Source: Dehalococcoidia bacterium (GTDB taxonomy: Bacteria; Chloroflexota; Dehalococcoidia; Lucifugimonadales; UBA3495). From it: a stretch of DNA of 62,105 bases. The notes below the pieces were generated by a model, which saw nothing but the letters and a program-made list of their open reading frames with translations, did not search any database and was not told the origin of the DNA. The DNA is taken from NCBI GenBank assembly GCA_034428715.1, contig DAOUHE010000175.1:1-62105 (forward strand), written 5' to 3'. Position numbers and translations under genes: made by a program. This document shows positions 1 through 9,341 of the stretch, one piece after another. Each line of letters begins with the position of its first letter. The stretch's first letter is position 1.

Positions 1-469
1 TGCTATATGAAAACGGGGAATTTGAGCGAATCAGGCCGCATTTGATGCCCTTGGAATGCGGGATTATATTTGACGGTATCCCAGAAGGAGCTATATCCAG
101 GAAAGTTGGTTTGATCTGGGGAATCCCGGTCCAGACCTGCTGCCAAACTTCAAACCCCCAAACCTGCCCGACTCGAACCAGTGAATTTGGAGCTTGCTGT
201 CCCGCTACCGGGCATGGTCCGGATTTCTGGACCGCGTAGCTGGGAATGGGACGGCTGAGATTGCTCTTTATGCTACTATAGGGACGTTGGGCTATCCGAT
301 GGTTACGAAAGCCTCATGGCGAAGCCTAAAATGGGCAAGGTGGGGTAACATATCTCCGAATTCCCATCCCGTGCGTCCGGCTTTAGGCGGCCCCTAATCT
401 TGGAGGGCCAAATAGCCCGGTGGTCAAGCATAGCCCGGTCATCGATCCCTTGAGTTCGCGGTAGACCTC

Positions 470-1138
470 GTGGTTTTGACCAAATTGAGGGCCTATTCGC
501 GGGCGGAGCCAGGCATACAGGCAGTGGTCGGTCGAACTTACATTGGGCAACTCGCTAAGGTGTCGAAGGGAACGGATGGAGTGGGTTCCGCTTCCCAGGT
601 TTCGATTGCGGCGGAGGTTACCGCACCGGTCTTGGTGCTTAACCTAAACTATGTTCCGGTCAACGTGTCCACTGTTCGCCGGGCGGTGGTGCTTCTGGTC
701 AAGGGAAAGGCCGAGATGTTGGAGAACCACCGAGGCCAACTTCACACTGTAGACAGCATCATTGACGCGCCGTCCATCATCCGCTTGGCTTATCTGGTCA
801 AGCACCCCTTTTTACCCAGAAAGCTGTCCAAGAAAGAGGTTTTTCTCAGAGACCGCTATACCTGCCAATACTGCGCCAAAAAAACCCAGGATCTTACCCT
901 GGACCACGTGGTGCCCCGCCGCCAACATGGGCCACATACCTGGGACAATGTGGTGACTGCCTGCACCCGATGCAATCTGCGAAAAGCGGGACGGACCCCG
1001 GCGGAAGCAAATATGAAGCTGGCCAAAATCCCCAAAGCGCCGGACCCAAATCCGTACCTGATCCTTCAAAACAGGGTGATATTGGATGAATGGCAACCGT
1101 ATCTGCCCTGGGCGATGCGGGGCCCTCAAGAGGAATAA
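470..1138 (+). CDS. HNH endonuclease (McrA-like); true start probably near 610-635
   Basis: PVLVLNLNY...RRAVVLL N-terminus; RDRYTCQYC...TLDHVVPR..HGPHTWDNVVTACTRCNLRK zinc-binding HNH motif. Confidence 0.9.
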   Translation: MVLTKLRAYSRAEPGIQAVVGRTYIGQLAKVSKGTDGVGSASQVSIAAEVTAPVLVLNLNYVPVNVSTVRRAVVLLVKGKAEMLENHRGQLHTVDSIIDAPSIIRLAYLVKHPFLPRKLSKKEVFLRDRYTCQYCAKKTQDLTLDHVVPRRQHGPHTWDNVVTACTRCNLRKAGRTPAEANMKLAKIPKAPDPNPYLILQNRVILDEWQPYLPWAMRGPQEE

Positions 1139-1181
1139 ACCTGGGGTTCGCGGCGGTAGCGAATTCCTGTGAAAATGCGCC

Positions 1182-1656
1182 TTAGTTGCGGCTAGGTAGG
1201 TGGCGTTCTAACTTGGCCAACGGCCATTCCATTACCCGGTCATCGGTATACTGAACCGACACTGTTTCCTTGAGACGGTGGCTTACTATCACCTTGGCTT
1301 TCCCATCGGGAGTTTCCACCTCTTCGCCGATGCGGGGCATGGCTTTATTGACCTGGCGGTATTGCTCGTACTCGAACCTCAAGTAGCAACGCAAAACATG
1401 CACCCCTTTCCATTTCCTGGTTTTGCCGCAGGTTGCCCAGGTCCGACGCGGTGGCCACACGAAGCACCGCGGGCATCAATCTACCCTCGGTTTGAGCCTA
1501 GACCACGTCCTGAGGAGTTCGGACCACCTGTCCCAGTTCTGGCCCTTTTTCGCCTTGTACCACCACGTATTTGTGGGGGCGAAGATCCAGCCCGCTGGAA
1601 TCGGCATAGGTTAGGGGGTCGGCGCTGCGAATACGTATCGCTACTACTTTGCTCAT
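1182..1656 (-). pseudogene. yaaT: PSP1/YaaT (RicT) family pseudogene
   Basis: ATG at 1656 gives MSKVVAIRIR...YVVVQGEKGPELGQVV then in-frame TAG (1498-1500). The C-terminus LRCYLRFEYEQY...PRIGEEVETPDGKAKV is in another frame and the central PSP1 region is missing. Lies directly downstream of holB, a common context for yaaT. Confidence 0.8.
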
Positions 1657-1677
1657 GGTTGGCTCACCGTTGTCCGC

Positions 1678-2697
1678 CTAAGTGCTCACATTGGCGAGAG
1701 GTAATTTTATCATTAAAATTTCCAGCGCGAGACGTGGGCTGGCGTTGCTATCCAACGCTTCCAGCGTTTCCAACAGTGATTTGATGAAATTCACCGTGTC
1801 GACGGTGCTCAATCCGGTGGCTGTCAATCTGAGGTCATCAATTCGGTGAGAATTTTGGAGGTAGTCCTCTGCGCCCTCTTTGATCAATAGCAGATCACGC
1901 CACCAGCGTAACCACAAGTAAAGTACCTGGCGAGCCGCTTCCCGGTCCCTGGAAAAAATGGTGGCGATTTCTCCGGCGTAGGCAAATCTCCTGTCAAGGC
2001 CACCTTGGCAAATCTCCATGAGCTGGTCCAACTTGGCCTCATGATCCGCCAAGACCTGGGGACTCTCTCCGGCGGTGATCGCCCAGCCAAGGCAACCCCG
2101 GGAAAGGCGCGCCAACCGCTCGGAAGTTTCCGGGCTGTTGCCATATTGGGACTCCAACTGGTGTTCTATTTGGTATTTGGGCGACGGCAAAAGGTTCAGC
2201 CGGCGGCAGCGGGACCGGATGGTGTTAAGAAGGGCGTCTTCGTTGGTTGTAAGCAATAGGAACATCACCTGTCCAGGGGGTTCCTCCAGGGTTTTCAAAA
2301 GGCTGTTGGCGGCCTCATCACTCATGGAGGCGGCGTCATCAAAGATGATTACTGTGAAAGTTCCTTCGTACGGTTTCAAACTTACCTGGCGAAGTATTTC
2401 TTTGATGTCGCTGATTCCGATGACGGTGCGGGTCGGGCCGTCGTCGGCGCTCTGGCCGATTCCGACCACTCGAACATCGGTGTGTTGACCTTGGGCGATA
2501 CGGGTGCACTGGAGGCATTCTCCGCAGGGTGCCGGTGCTGGATCGGAACAGTTGACCGCCTTGGCAATGTCCAAAGCCAGGGTCATCTTGCCAACATGGG
2601 GTGGTCCCACCAAGAGGTAGGCATGGGCCGGTTGTCCCAGCCTCAAGCTAGGCTCGATCTGCCGTAATATATGGTCCTGTCCGCGAATCCGCCACAT
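1678..2697 (-). CDS. holB: DNA polymerase III subunit delta'
   Basis: GQDH...HAYLLVGPPHVGK, CGECLQC zinc motif, AANSLLKTLEEPP, TIRSRC; start taken at MWRIRGQ. Confidence 0.93.
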   Translation of the reverse strand: MWRIRGQDHILRQIEPSLRLGQPAHAYLLVGPPHVGKMTLALDIAKAVNCSDPAPAPCGECLQCTRIAQGQHTDVRVVGIGQSADDGPTRTVIGISDIKEILRQVSLKPYEGTFTVIIFDDAASMSDEAANSLLKTLEEPPGQVMFLLLTTNEDALLNTIRSRCRRLNLLPSPKYQIEHQLESQYGNSPETSERLARLSRGCLGWAITAGESPQVLADHEAKLDQLMEICQGGLDRRFAYAGEIATIFSRDREAARQVLYLWLRWWRDLLLIKEGAEDYLQNSHRIDDLRLTATGLSTVDTVNFIKSLLETLEALDSNASPRLALEILMIKLPLANVST

Positions 2698-2753
2698 GGT
2701 TGTTGAAGGCTGTCCAGTCCGAACCTTATACTGGGTAAATGCTGAAATCGATG

Positions 2754-3101
2754 TCAAACAAGGGACAACACCAAACGGAGCCCTTGGTTCATCTCGGACA
2801 ATTGCTCAGCCGGTAATGTTGATACACGTTCGCTCAGATCCCGTTTGTCCAGGGTGATCAACTGGGAGACGTTAATTACCGATTCCCTGGGAAGTCCGCT
2901 TTGCGCCGGCGTCAGAGCTAGGTTGCCGGGTGCTTCTGACAACCCAGTGTTGGAGGTGATAACCGCCACGGTGACGGTTGGAATTCGGCTGGCGTTGAAA
3001 GCGTCCGACTGAACCACGACAACCGACCGCCGGATTCCTGGCTCAGAACCTCTGGGGACCGCCAAGCTAGCCCACCAGATGTCACCCCGGTTCAGGACCA
3101 T
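2754..3101 (-). CDS. mazF: MazF/PemK family endoribonuclease toxin
   Basis: RGDIWWA..PRGSEPGIRRSVVVVQSDAFN...ITSN...SVINVSQLITLDK. Confidence 0.9.
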   Translation of the reverse strand: MVLNRGDIWWASLAVPRGSEPGIRRSVVVVQSDAFNASRIPTVTVAVITSNTGLSEAPGNLALTPAQSGLPRESVINVSQLITLDKRDLSERVSTLPAEQLSEMNQGLRLVLSLV

Positions 3102-3336
3102 TCTTCCTTCGATAGCGAACTTAGCTGCAATTGCTCCAAAAGTGGATCGATGTTGGTTTCCTCAGACCCCTGGCATAAACACCGTTAAGCTCTTCGGTTA
3201 CACCCGCATCCTTATGGTCCTGAAGAAACGCTTGGAGTGCTCTCTGGAATAGCTCGCTTCGGGAGAGGCCCATACGTTTTGCGAGAGATTCCGCCGCTTG
3301 AAAGAGGGGGTCTGGAAGTGAGATGGCGGTTTTCAT
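3092..3336 (-). pseudogene. Ribbon-helix-helix antitoxin (MazE-like), frameshifted
   Basis: MKTAISLPD..RSELF RHH start. The canonical acidic tail EETNIDPLLEQLQLSSLSKEEWS* lies in a shifted frame after a G4 run (3167-3170) and ends overlapping the mazF ATG. Confidence 0.75.
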
Positions 3337-3342
3337 ATTTGA

Positions 3343-3362
3343 AGTATAACTTAAGTTATACT
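3343..3362. promoter_or_regulatory. Perfect 20-bp palindrome AGTATAACTTAAGTTATACT, probable TA operator
   Basis: Read directly; ends 7 bp upstream of the RHH antitoxin start at 3336. Confidence 0.65.
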
Positions 3363-3370
3363 GACGTCAA

Positions 3371-3565
3371 TTATTGTTTGTGCCATGGTTTGATCCTGTG
3401 GCGAAGCTCTTCATCGCTGATGGTTTGGCCAGCCTGAGAATCTCTAAATCCGCGGTCAATCATGCGGGCAACAGCCAGTTCGCGAAGAATTTCATCATAG
3501 GAACTATCGTCGGGTTGTTGCTGAACAATCTTGGCGATTTTTTCCTTTGCTGAAGCCATTTTCAC
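3371..3565 (-). CDS. Small antitoxin-like protein of the type usually preceding RelE/ParE toxins; no intact cognate toxin
   Basis: MASAKEKIAKIVQQQPDDSSYDEILREL..RMIDRGFRDSQAGQTISDEELRHRI..W pattern. Confidence 0.6.
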   Translation of the reverse strand: MKMASAKEKIAKIVQQQPDDSSYDEILRELAVARMIDRGFRDSQAGQTISDEELRHRIKPWHKQ

Positions 3566-3622
3566 CTCTTCTTTACGCGGCCTGACCTCTGCGCCTAGGG
3601 CGCTTCCTCCAGCACCTATTTG

Positions 3623-4195
3623 TTAATTGTTGCTTGCATCAATGTAGGTATATCGAAGGCTGTTGAGCACCGGTTGCCAGTTCACGCGATAGTGGCCTTC
3701 AAGTTGTACTTCAGAATTCTTCCGACCCGTCGGCTTGCCTATAACGCCATGCAATTCATGACAGCCGCGAAAATACCCGTAAATCTTCTTTGCCGGATCA
3801 TTATAGATGGGTCCCTGATAGAACAGAGGGTCTTCAGCTAAAATGAGGACACCAGTCTCTTGGAAACCTGCCCGCTTCAATTGCTCCACAAACGCCAGAT
3901 CCAGACAAAACGCGAACATTTGCTCGGGGTATTGACCGTTCCGGGGGTATTTCACCTCGATGGCAAAGCGCAACTCTTCTTGCCGTCCCGAGTATACCGA
4001 TACATCGATCTCTCTCTTGGGGAATTGTGTCTTGTTCCCGAAGAAAAAAGAGACGTTTCTTTCAAATTGAACTTTGCAGGCGGCCAGATGTGTACGCAGG
4101 AACAATCCAAGCTCGTGCTGCAGGCTGAACTCATTGTAGATTTCAACCTCACCCTTTGAAACGGACTCGATAAACATCCGGATAAGTTCCCGCAT
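3623..4195 (-). CDS. Hypothetical protein, probable PD-(D/E)XK restriction-endonuclease fold
   Basis: NEFSLQHELG...EIDVSV...AIEVKYP motif arrangement; AT-richer than flanks. Confidence 0.55.
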   Translation of the reverse strand: MRELIRMFIESVSKGEVEIYNEFSLQHELGLFLRTHLAACKVQFERNVSFFFGNKTQFPKREIDVSVYSGRQEELRFAIEVKYPRNGQYPEQMFAFCLDLAFVEQLKRAGFQETGVLILAEDPLFYQGPIYNDPAKKIYGYFRGCHELHGVIGKPTGRKNSEVQLEGHYRVNWQPVLNSLRYTYIDASNN

Positions 4196-4329
4196 CTTTC
4201 GTATCTCTTCGGATAATATATTTAGATGGATTCCCCACACCAAGTCGCAATGCATTTTGTCCTGGTGACTCCCCTGGCGGCGGGTGAGACGGCTTAATAG
4301 CCATCGCCCCGGACCGCCGTGCTGGGAGC

Positions 4330-4624
4330 CTACACCCGATCCATCCAATATCCAGGGCGCCGCCGTAGGTGCATGACTGCCAGGACGACAATCTCATGGG
4401 CATCGATGCGATAAAGAATACCGAAAGGGAATCCGGGTACCAATCGTCGGTAGATACGGGGCCTAAACCACCCGGCCGACATGGGGGTCTTCGGCCATGC
4501 GTCGCGCGGTTCGTTGGACTTCGGCGAGGAATGCGCTGTCAAGCCCATATGCTTGCCTCTCGTAATACTCAGATGCTTCAAGCATTTCTTCCTCAGCAGG
4601 AATGAGAAAGACAACACTTCTCAT
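4330..4624 (-). pseudogene. parE: ParE/RelE family toxin, frameshifted
   Basis: MRSVVFLIPAEEEMLEASEYYERQ...GRVV* (TAG 4463-4465); removing one T of the TTT run restores RPRIYRRLVPGFPFGILYRI...VLAVMHLRRRPGYW. Confidence 0.85.
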
Positions 4625-4851
4625 TTGAGTCTTTTTTCGGCGTCCTCGAAAACTTTTTCTGCTGGGTTGCTTTCACTGTTTCCGGCGCGGTATGCTTGGT
4701 ATCGATTCTCAGCTTCCAGTAGCCAAAGCTCCTCGGACTCTATGTCCTCGATTTGTTCAAGGGTGGTCAACAGGCGCTCAACTAGGAGCGCCCTTTCTCG
4801 TGGCGATAACTTCATTGCGTCGCTTTCGACCTCGTTGAAATTCCTTGCCAT
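4621..4851 (-). CDS. Putative addiction module antitoxin (TIGR02574-like)
   Basis: AMKLSPRERALLVERLL..L...EELWLLEAENRYQAY..G; ATGA overlap with parE. Confidence 0.8.
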   Translation of the reverse strand: MARNFNEVESDAMKLSPRERALLVERLLTTLEQIEDIESEELWLLEAENRYQAYRAGNSESNPAEKVFEDAEKRLK

Positions 4852-4905
4852 CCCATCGGCCTCCAGCGCTTGATTCCACTTACCCATTCTACGCCCCAAT
4901 CCCCT

Positions 4906-6228
4906 TCACACCACGTCGCAATGCATCAGGTCTTGGTAGCTCTCCCGGCGGCGTATGAGGCGGGTTTTCCCGTCGCGGACCAAAACCATGGGGGGCCTGG
5001 GGATGAGGTTGTAGTTGCTGGCCATGGACGGGCAGTAGGCGCCGGCGGCGGGAATGGCGATGACGTCGCCCGACTCCAACTCGGGCAACATTATATCCGA
5101 GGCCAGCACGTCGCCCGATTCGCAATATTTGCCGGCGATGGTTACTTTCCGGGAAGGCTCCTGATCTGCTTTGCCGGCGGCGATGACTTCGTAGGCAGCC
5201 TGGTACAACGCGGGCCGGATATTGTCCCCCATTCCGCCGTCCACGCTGACGTAACGCCGCACGCCGGGGATGTCCTTGATGGCTCCGATGCGGTAAAGGG
5301 CCACCCCGGCAGGGCCGATTATGGACCGGCCAGGCTCGATAATCAGCCGGGGCAGCGGCATGGACAGTTCTTGGCAGGTCGATTTCATGGTGGAGATTAT
5401 CGCGTCCGCGTATTCGGCGATATCCGGCGGTTCCTGGTCACGGGTGTAGGCGATGGCAAAGCCGCCACCGGGGCTAAATTCTTGGAGGTCCAGGCCCTCC
5501 TCTCGAAACTCCGAAGCGAACCGGATGACCAGATCCACGGCTGCCCGGTAGGGCTCCAGTTCGAATATGGGAGAGCCCAGGTGAAAATGGAGGCCCCGAA
5601 GGCTAAGATTGGCCGCCCGCAACGTTTGGCGGATGGCCTGAGCAGCGTGACCGGTCTGAATGGAAAACCCAAACTTGGAATCCAATGTGCCGGTGGTGGT
5701 GTGGACGTGGGTGTGTGGATCGATGCCCGGAGAGACCCGTATGAGCACGTTTTGGACCTTGCCCGCCTCACCGGCGATGGTGTCGAGAATCTCCAACTCG
5801 TGAAAACTGTCTAAAACCACCCATCCGATGCCGTTCTCCACCGCTTCGGACAATTCCTGCGGCGTCTTGTTGTTGCCGTGGAAGTAGACCTGGCCGAGGG
5901 GGAAATTGACGCTTTGGGCGATGGCGAACTCGCCGCCGGAAACCACGTCCAAGCCCAATCCTTCCTCGGCGAAAATCCGGGCAAGCGCCGGGTTGATGTA
6001 GGCCTTGGAGGCGTAGACCACCTGGGTGGAAGCGTGGCGGATTTGGAATTCCTGCACGAACCGGCGGCACCTTTGGCGCAGTGTTTCTTCGTCAAAGATG
6101 TAAACCGGTGTCCCGAATTCATCGGCAAGGTCCAGAGTGTCGCAGCCCCCGACCACCAGGTGCCCCTGGTTGTTGACCGAGGCGCCTTGGGGTAGAACTG
6201 CCTGAGGGATTTTCGCGTCGGGAATCAT
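4906..6228 (-). CDS. lysA: Diaminopimelate decarboxylase
   Basis: YASKAY PLP lysine, HFHLGS, EPGRSI, GKYCESGD, GAYCPSMASNYN. Confidence 0.95.
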   Translation of the reverse strand: MIPDAKIPQAVLPQGASVNNQGHLVVGGCDTLDLADEFGTPVYIFDEETLRQRCRRFVQEFQIRHASTQVVYASKAYINPALARIFAEEGLGLDVVSGGEFAIAQSVNFPLGQVYFHGNNKTPQELSEAVENGIGWVVLDSFHELEILDTIAGEAGKVQNVLIRVSPGIDPHTHVHTTTGTLDSKFGFSIQTGHAAQAIRQTLRAANLSLRGLHFHLGSPIFELEPYRAAVDLVIRFASEFREEGLDLQEFSPGGGFAIAYTRDQEPPDIAEYADAIISTMKSTCQELSMPLPRLIIEPGRSIIGPAGVALYRIGAIKDIPGVRRYVSVDGGMGDNIRPALYQAAYEVIAAGKADQEPSRKVTIAGKYCESGDVLASDIMLPELESGDVIAIPAAGAYCPSMASNYNLIPRPPMVLVRDGKTRLIRRRESYQDLMHCDVV

Positions 6229-6454
6229 GGCATGGGTTCTCCCAATGGGATTTTGCAGTGGCTTGGCCGGCCAGCCTCAGCGGCGTCTGCGGCTCTGCCG
6301 AAATCATAGGCCTACCGGGATACCGGCGCAACCGCAAATTTCGTTGACGGGGTAATTGGCCAAGTATATACTCGCTCTCATCAACTAGGCCCACGCCTGC
6401 TGCCATGGTTTTTATTCCTAACCGCGGGACGCCTACACGATGGAGGGGTTCGCA

Positions 6455-6925
6455 GTGAAATTACCTATACAGGTCACCGTAAACGGACAAAGCCACCAAT
6501 CGGAAGTGGAGCCCAGGATGCTACTGGTGCAGTACATCCGTGAAGAGCTTGGGCTCACGGGGACGAAAGTCGGCTGCGATACAAGCCAGTGCGGTGCGTG
6601 TGTGGTGATGATGAATGGCTCCACGGTAAAATCTTGCACTTGTCTCGCCGTGCAGGCCGACGGAGCGGACATCACCACCATTGAGGGGCTGGCTACCAAT
6701 GGGAACCTTCACCCTGTTCAGGAAGCTTTTTGGGAGAAGCACGGGCTTCAGTGCGGCTTCTGCACGGCTGGGATGATCATGACGGTGGTGGAATTACTTC
6801 AGCGAAATCCCAATCCCACCAGCGAAGAAGTGCGGCAGGGGATTGAGGGCAATATTTGCCGGTGCACCGGATACCAGAATATAGTCCGGGCGACCTTAGC
6901 GGCCGCCGAAGCGGCGGGAGGGTAA
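6455..6925 (+). CDS. coxS: [2Fe-2S] small subunit of CoxSLM/xanthine oxidase family enzyme
   Basis: [14 protein letters not shown]...[18 protein letters not shown]. Confidence 0.93.
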   Translation: MKLPIQVTVNGQSHQSEVEPRMLLVQYIREELGLTGTKVGCDTSQCGACVVMMNGSTVKSCTCLAVQADGADITTIEGLATNGNLHPVQEAFWEKHGLQCGFCTAGMIMTVVELLQRNPNPTSEEVRQGIEGNICRCTGYQNIVRATLAAAEAAGG

Positions 6926-6928
6926 GCC

Positions 6929-9319
6929 ATGACCACCAGAATATTTGGTTCGGGCATTCGCCGGCGTGAGGACCCTCGGCTGATTACCGGCCAGGCGACC
7001 TATACCGACGACATAAAATTGCCGGGAATGCTTTATGCGGCGATTCTGCGCAGCCCCCACGCCCACGCCAGGATCACCAGTGTCGACGTCTCAGCTGCCC
7101 AATCTATGTCCGGTGTCGTGGCGGTATACACCGGCGCCGACACCGATAGCGTGCTTAACCCGATACCATGCGCCTGGTTGGTTCCGGACTCGGACGTAAA
7201 GGCGGTGGCCTACCCGGCCATGGCGAAAGACGTGGTCCGGTATGCTGGCGAAGCCGTGGCCGTGTTGGTGGCGGAGAGCAGGGAACAGGCCGAAGATGCC
7301 CTGGAGGCCATAGACGTCAGCTATCAAGTCTTGCCCAACGTTATCAACCCCGAGGCCGCTACCCAGGAAGGCGCGCCCCAGCTGCACGAAGACGCGCCGG
7401 GCAACCAGGCGTTCCATTGGGTCGTGGCCGGAGGGGATGCCGATGCGGCCTTCGCGTCGCCCGAAGTGGTCGTCAGAGACACCATTTTGCAGCAGAGGTT
7501 GCTGCCAACGCCCATGGAGACCCGTTCGGCGGTGGCCAGCTACGCATCGGCCATGGGAGAACTCACCCTTTGGAACACCACCCAGAACCCCCACATCGTC
7601 CGGTTCCTCTGTTCGCTGGTAACCGGACTGGGCGAGCATAAAATCAGGGTCATCGCGCCCGAGGTTGGGGGCGGGTTCGGCAGCAAGATCGCGATGTATC
7701 CATCGGAGATGATCGTCGTTTTCTGTTCCATGAGATTGGGGCGACCGGTGAAGTGGACCGAATCTCGCACTGAGAACTATCAGGCGACCACCCACGGCAG
7801 GGACCATATCCAATACGTGGAAATGGCCGCGACACGGGAAGGCAAGATCACCGGGCTGCGGACCCGGGTCTACGCCTCCATGGGGGCTTATCTATCTACC
7901 GCGTCTACGGGCATTCCGACTATTTTGCACGGTCTGATGTATTCAGGTCCCTACGATATTGCCAACATCAAGGGCGATATCTACGGGGTCTTCACCAATG
8001 CCACGCCGGTGGATGCCTATCGCGGCGCCGGGAGACCCGAGGCAACCTTCTTGCTGGAGCGGCTGGTGGATCTGCTGGCCAGCGAATTAGACCTCGACCC
8101 GGTGGAGGTCCGCCGGCGCAACCTCATACCCAAGTTTGATGACGGGCACGACGTGGCCACCGGACTGACCTATGACAGCGGTGACTACCAGTTGGCGTTG
8201 GACGCCGCGCTGAACAAGGTCGATTATCATGGGTTCCGGCATGAGCAGGAGCACGAGCGGGAGCACGGTCACTATACGGGCATCGGCGTGTCCTGCTATT
8301 GCGAGATCTGTGGTTTGGGGCCTTCTCAAGTAGCGGGAGCCGTGGGATTTGGTGGTGGTTTATGGGAGAGCGCAATCGTCCGGTTCTACGCCACGGGTAA
8401 GGTCAACATCTTCGTAGGCACCTCTCCCCACGGCCAGGGCGAGGAGACCACCTTTGCCCAGGTGGTTTCCGACGAGTTGGGCGTTCCTGTGGAGGACATC
8501 GAGGTGATCCACGGCGACACCGATGTCACTCCCATGGGCTGGGGGACCTACGGAAGCCGCACTACGGTGGTGGGCGGCGCGGCCGTGGCCTTGAGCTCTC
8601 GAAAGATCAAAGACAAGGGCCGGGCCCTTGCAGCGCATCTGTTGGAGGCGGCAGAGGAGGACATTGAATATGAAGACGGCAAGTTCTTCGTCCGCGGGTC
8701 GCCTGACCAGAATAAGACGATTCAGGATATCGCGCTGATGGCCAATGTGGCCTGGAACATGCCTGAAGGAATGGAGCCCGGGTTGGAGGCAACCACGTTC
8801 TACGACCCACCCAATTTCGCCTATCCATTTGGGACCCACATTGCTGTGGTGAGCGTCGACCCGGACAACGGCTACATAGAATTGCAACGTTACGTCGCGG
8901 TGGACGACTGCGGTCCGCAGATCAACCCCGTGATCGTCGAGGGTCAGGTCCACGGAGGCGTGGTCCAGGGAGCGGGCCAGGCTTTGTGGGAGGGCGCGGT
9001 GTACGACGACAACGGCCAGTTGCTTACCGGTTCGATGATGGATTACACGGTGCCCCGCGCTCATATGGTGCCGGACCTCGAGGTCCTAAGCACCGTCACT
9101 CCATCGCCCCATAACCCTCTGGGGGTTAAAGGCATAGGAGAAACGGGCACCATAGCGTCAACGGTGGCCATCTACAACGCGGTCATGGACGCCCTAAAAC
9201 CCCTGGGGGTCACCAAGATCGACATGCCACTGACCCCGGAAAAAGTCTGGCGGGCCATTCAAGAGGCCGGTCATGAACACGGCCACGGTCATGAGCACGG
9301 GCATCAACATTCGCATTAG
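6929..9319 (+). CDS. coxL: Molybdopterin large subunit, form II (putative) CO dehydrogenase/aldehyde oxidoreductase family
   Basis: VGGGFGSK, AYRGAGRPEA (form II signature), GQGEETT, GSRT, KGIGE. Confidence 0.92.
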   Translation: MTTRIFGSGIRRREDPRLITGQATYTDDIKLPGMLYAAILRSPHAHARITSVDVSAAQSMSGVVAVYTGADTDSVLNPIPCAWLVPDSDVKAVAYPAMAKDVVRYAGEAVAVLVAESREQAEDALEAIDVSYQVLPNVINPEAATQEGAPQLHEDAPGNQAFHWVVAGGDADAAFASPEVVVRDTILQQRLLPTPMETRSAVASYASAMGELTLWNTTQNPHIVRFLCSLVTGLGEHKIRVIAPEVGGGFGSKIAMYPSEMIVVFCSMRLGRPVKWTESRTENYQATTHGRDHIQYVEMAATREGKITGLRTRVYASMGAYLSTASTGIPTILHGLMYSGPYDIANIKGDIYGVFTNATPVDAYRGAGRPEATFLLERLVDLLASELDLDPVEVRRRNLIPKFDDGHDVATGLTYDSGDYQLALDAALNKVDYHGFRHEQEHEREHGHYTGIGVSCYCEICGLGPSQVAGAVGFGGGLWESAIVRFYATGKVNIFVGTSPHGQGEETTFAQVVSDELGVPVEDIEVIHGDTDVTPMGWGTYGSRTTVVGGAAVALSSRKIKDKGRALAAHLLEAAEEDIEYEDGKFFVRGSPDQNKTIQDIALMANVAWNMPEGMEPGLEATTFYDPPNFAYPFGTHIAVVSVDPDNGYIELQRYVAVDDCGPQINPVIVEGQVHGGVVQGAGQALWEGAVYDDNGQLLTGSMMDYTVPRAHMVPDLEVLSTVTPSPHNPLGVKGIGETGTIASTVAIYNAVMDALKPLGVTKIDMPLTPEKVWRAIQEAGHEHGHGHEHGHQHSH

Positions 9320-9341
9320 CACGTTTAAAGGGAGATAAACC

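Noticed and set aside
470-1138. IscB/Cas9-like RNA-guided nuclease
   Set aside because: Too short, no RuvC segments or Arg-rich bridge helix; matches the common stand-alone HNH family
2754-4899. Integron cassette array
   Set aside because: No integrase and no convincing attC (RYYYAAC...GTTRRRY) sites by eye; IntegronFinder would be needed to exclude this fully
4870-5814. Long opposite-strand ORFs (also 9816..10796, 36691..37581, 7091..7813, 8360..9064)
   Set aside because: Antisense shadows of well-supported genes in GC-rich DNA, with no protein motifs
6929-9319. Bona fide form I aerobic CO dehydrogenase
   Set aside because: Motif is AYRGAGR rather than AYxCSFR, and gene order is SLM rather than MSL
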